A stretch of 64,000 nucleotides of DNA, taken from assembly GCA_051362555.1 (NCBI GenBank), contig CM120646.1, forward strand, positions 2,232,001 to 2,296,000, read 5' to 3'. Position numbers and translations under genes: made by a program. Under the pieces are notes generated by a model. That model was not told the DNA's origin, made no database searches, and saw only the letters and a list, made by a program, of their open reading frames with translations. This stretch comes from Lingula anatina (Eukaryota; Animalia; Brachiopoda). Shown here piece by piece: positions 62,539 to 64,000 of this stretch (within the stretch, counting starts at the first letter, position 1; every line of letters begins with the position of its first letter).

Positions 62539-63654
62539 GTTTTTTAAACAGGTCGTATGGGGCGCAATTGGCCTTGGAGTTGATTTTGGGTTCCACATTG
62601 GTTTCACATGAGATAAAAGTTTACTAGGGCTGACGTTTCTCCCACCAACCGACCTCGTTGGCAAGTTCTTTTAGAAACCCAATGCCAAGCCCAGTTGGAA
62701 CTCATGTGGTGATAGTCCCGTTATTAGTTATTAGCCCTGTTTGGACCCCTTCTTGATATGCTGACACTATTCTTAAAAGACGTGCTATAAAACCAAGTCA
62801 CAAAGCATTGTGGTTTCGTGTGTCATTATCTTTAATTTTTGCTGCTGTAGTGCTCAATTACACTAATAGCATAAATGTATACCAACATAAAATTTACTGA
62901 AATTTTAAAATTTGACTTAACTGTTCTAAATTTACACTCCTTATATGCTTTATATACAAAAGTGGATTTTTTGTATAGGCATGCTGACACGATTCTCAAT
63001 ACACATCCCATATAACTGTGATTTCGCTTAGACATGTGCTGAAATTTCAAATTTCGAATTAAAATTTCTAAATTTACACGCATTGTGCTTAAAATGTTAA
63101 AGTGGATTCTATGTATAAGCATGTAATATTGTTAGAAATATATACAGCAGTGTTTGTGGCACGGAATGGGCATTGCATTTTTGAAGCATAAATATATAGC
63201 CCCTAATCCAAAACCAACTTTACCAGTTGAGGATACAGACGCGGATAAAATGGCACATCTGATGCAGCGGGGGATGCAGATAAACTACTGTTCAATGGAC
63301 GCTTAGTTTTTTGTACTCACCCGTTCGTTTTTCTCTTTCCCAATTCCACTCAAGTATATGTATCACTGATGTAACAGAAAGATAGATGTCGCTAATTAAA
63401 TGTCACTAAGTATATCACGCAGTTCTATCTTATGTTTATGAGTTCAACATGAAAACAGATCCAGGGCATTTTGTGACTTTTGATCCACTTAATATGTAAA
63501 GAAGATATTGTTACAGTGGAAAAAACTGATGTTTAAGTGAGACTTGTCGTTAATGTCACCAAGTTCCGCTGTGCCCACTGCCTTCTGCCCTGCCATTAGT
63601 TTCCAGTCTGTTACTTGATATTGCCACGTATGATTCACGTGTGACATCACCGCT

Positions 63655-63662
63655 TATATAAA
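63655..63662 (+). promoter_or_regulatory. TATA box candidate
   Basis: TATATAAA about 45 nt upstream of the ATG at 63704. Confidence 0.5.
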
Positions 63663-63703
63663 TACAGCCCAAACTATGATTACCAAGTAACACATAAGCG
63701 ATT

Positions 63704-63862
63704 ATGGCAATAATACTGATTTTCTGTCTCGTGCTATTGAACATTGGAGTCGTGGCACCGCAAAACGAAACTGGTGATTTAGACTATTACTTGAACAAGT
63801 GCGTAACCTTGCCAGTTGAAGGGGCCAGTAAGACGAGACCGTCCGCCGAACCCGGACTGGAG
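63704..63862 (+). CDS. first exon of a secreted protein, possibly folate receptor / riboflavin-binding protein family (3'-partial)
   Basis: MAIILIFCLVLLNIGVVAP (signal peptide-like) then QNETGDLDYYLNKCVTLPVEGASKTRPSAEPGLE|gtgaga, phase-0 donor. LNKC...KTRPSAEP resembles FOLR LNVC...HKEKPGPE and riboflavin-binding protein C...HKANPSPEP. Family assignment is by eye. Confidence 0.55.
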
Positions 63863-64000
63863 GTGAGAGAGAGAGAGAGAGAGAGAGAGATTTATGATTT
63901 CTATCTATAAGGTACCTTTCCAGGGTAAATATTGCATATTGTTGGAGTGAAAATTACCGGTTCAATTTAGTTTAATCATGTGTGAAACACTGCATGCTGT

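Overview
AT-rich, intron-containing animal genomic DNA; the gene content, CpG mosaicism and repeat style suggest an invertebrate, plausibly a mollusc or other lophotrochozoan (inference). Five protein-coding loci were rebuilt by hand from GT-AG boundaries and frame continuity: (1) PSMD3/Rpn3 proteasome lid subunit on the minus strand, 10 exons here, last exon beyond the window start; (2) a 13-exon amphiphysin/BIN1-family N-BAR+SH3 gene on the plus strand, head-to-head with PSMD3; (3) a CNBD2-like protein with two cyclic-nucleotide-binding domains and a probable alternative first exon; (4) a 5-exon UNC-93-like MFS membrane protein with a long Pro-rich N-terminus; (5) the first exon of a secreted protein resembling the folate receptor/riboflavin-binding family. 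Non-coding DNA carries PIF/Harbinger-type and Ginger-type MITEs, Helitron-like ends, mini- and microsatellites. Main oddities: duplicated splice donors in two genes, complementary MITE arms flanking amphiphysin exons 2-10, a sharp CpG-poor to CpG-rich boundary near 28.5 kb, and a frame-preserving 33-bp array after the UNC-93 stop. No CRISPR array, rRNA or tRNA was seen. I found no clear new biological system; the findings are leads to test.
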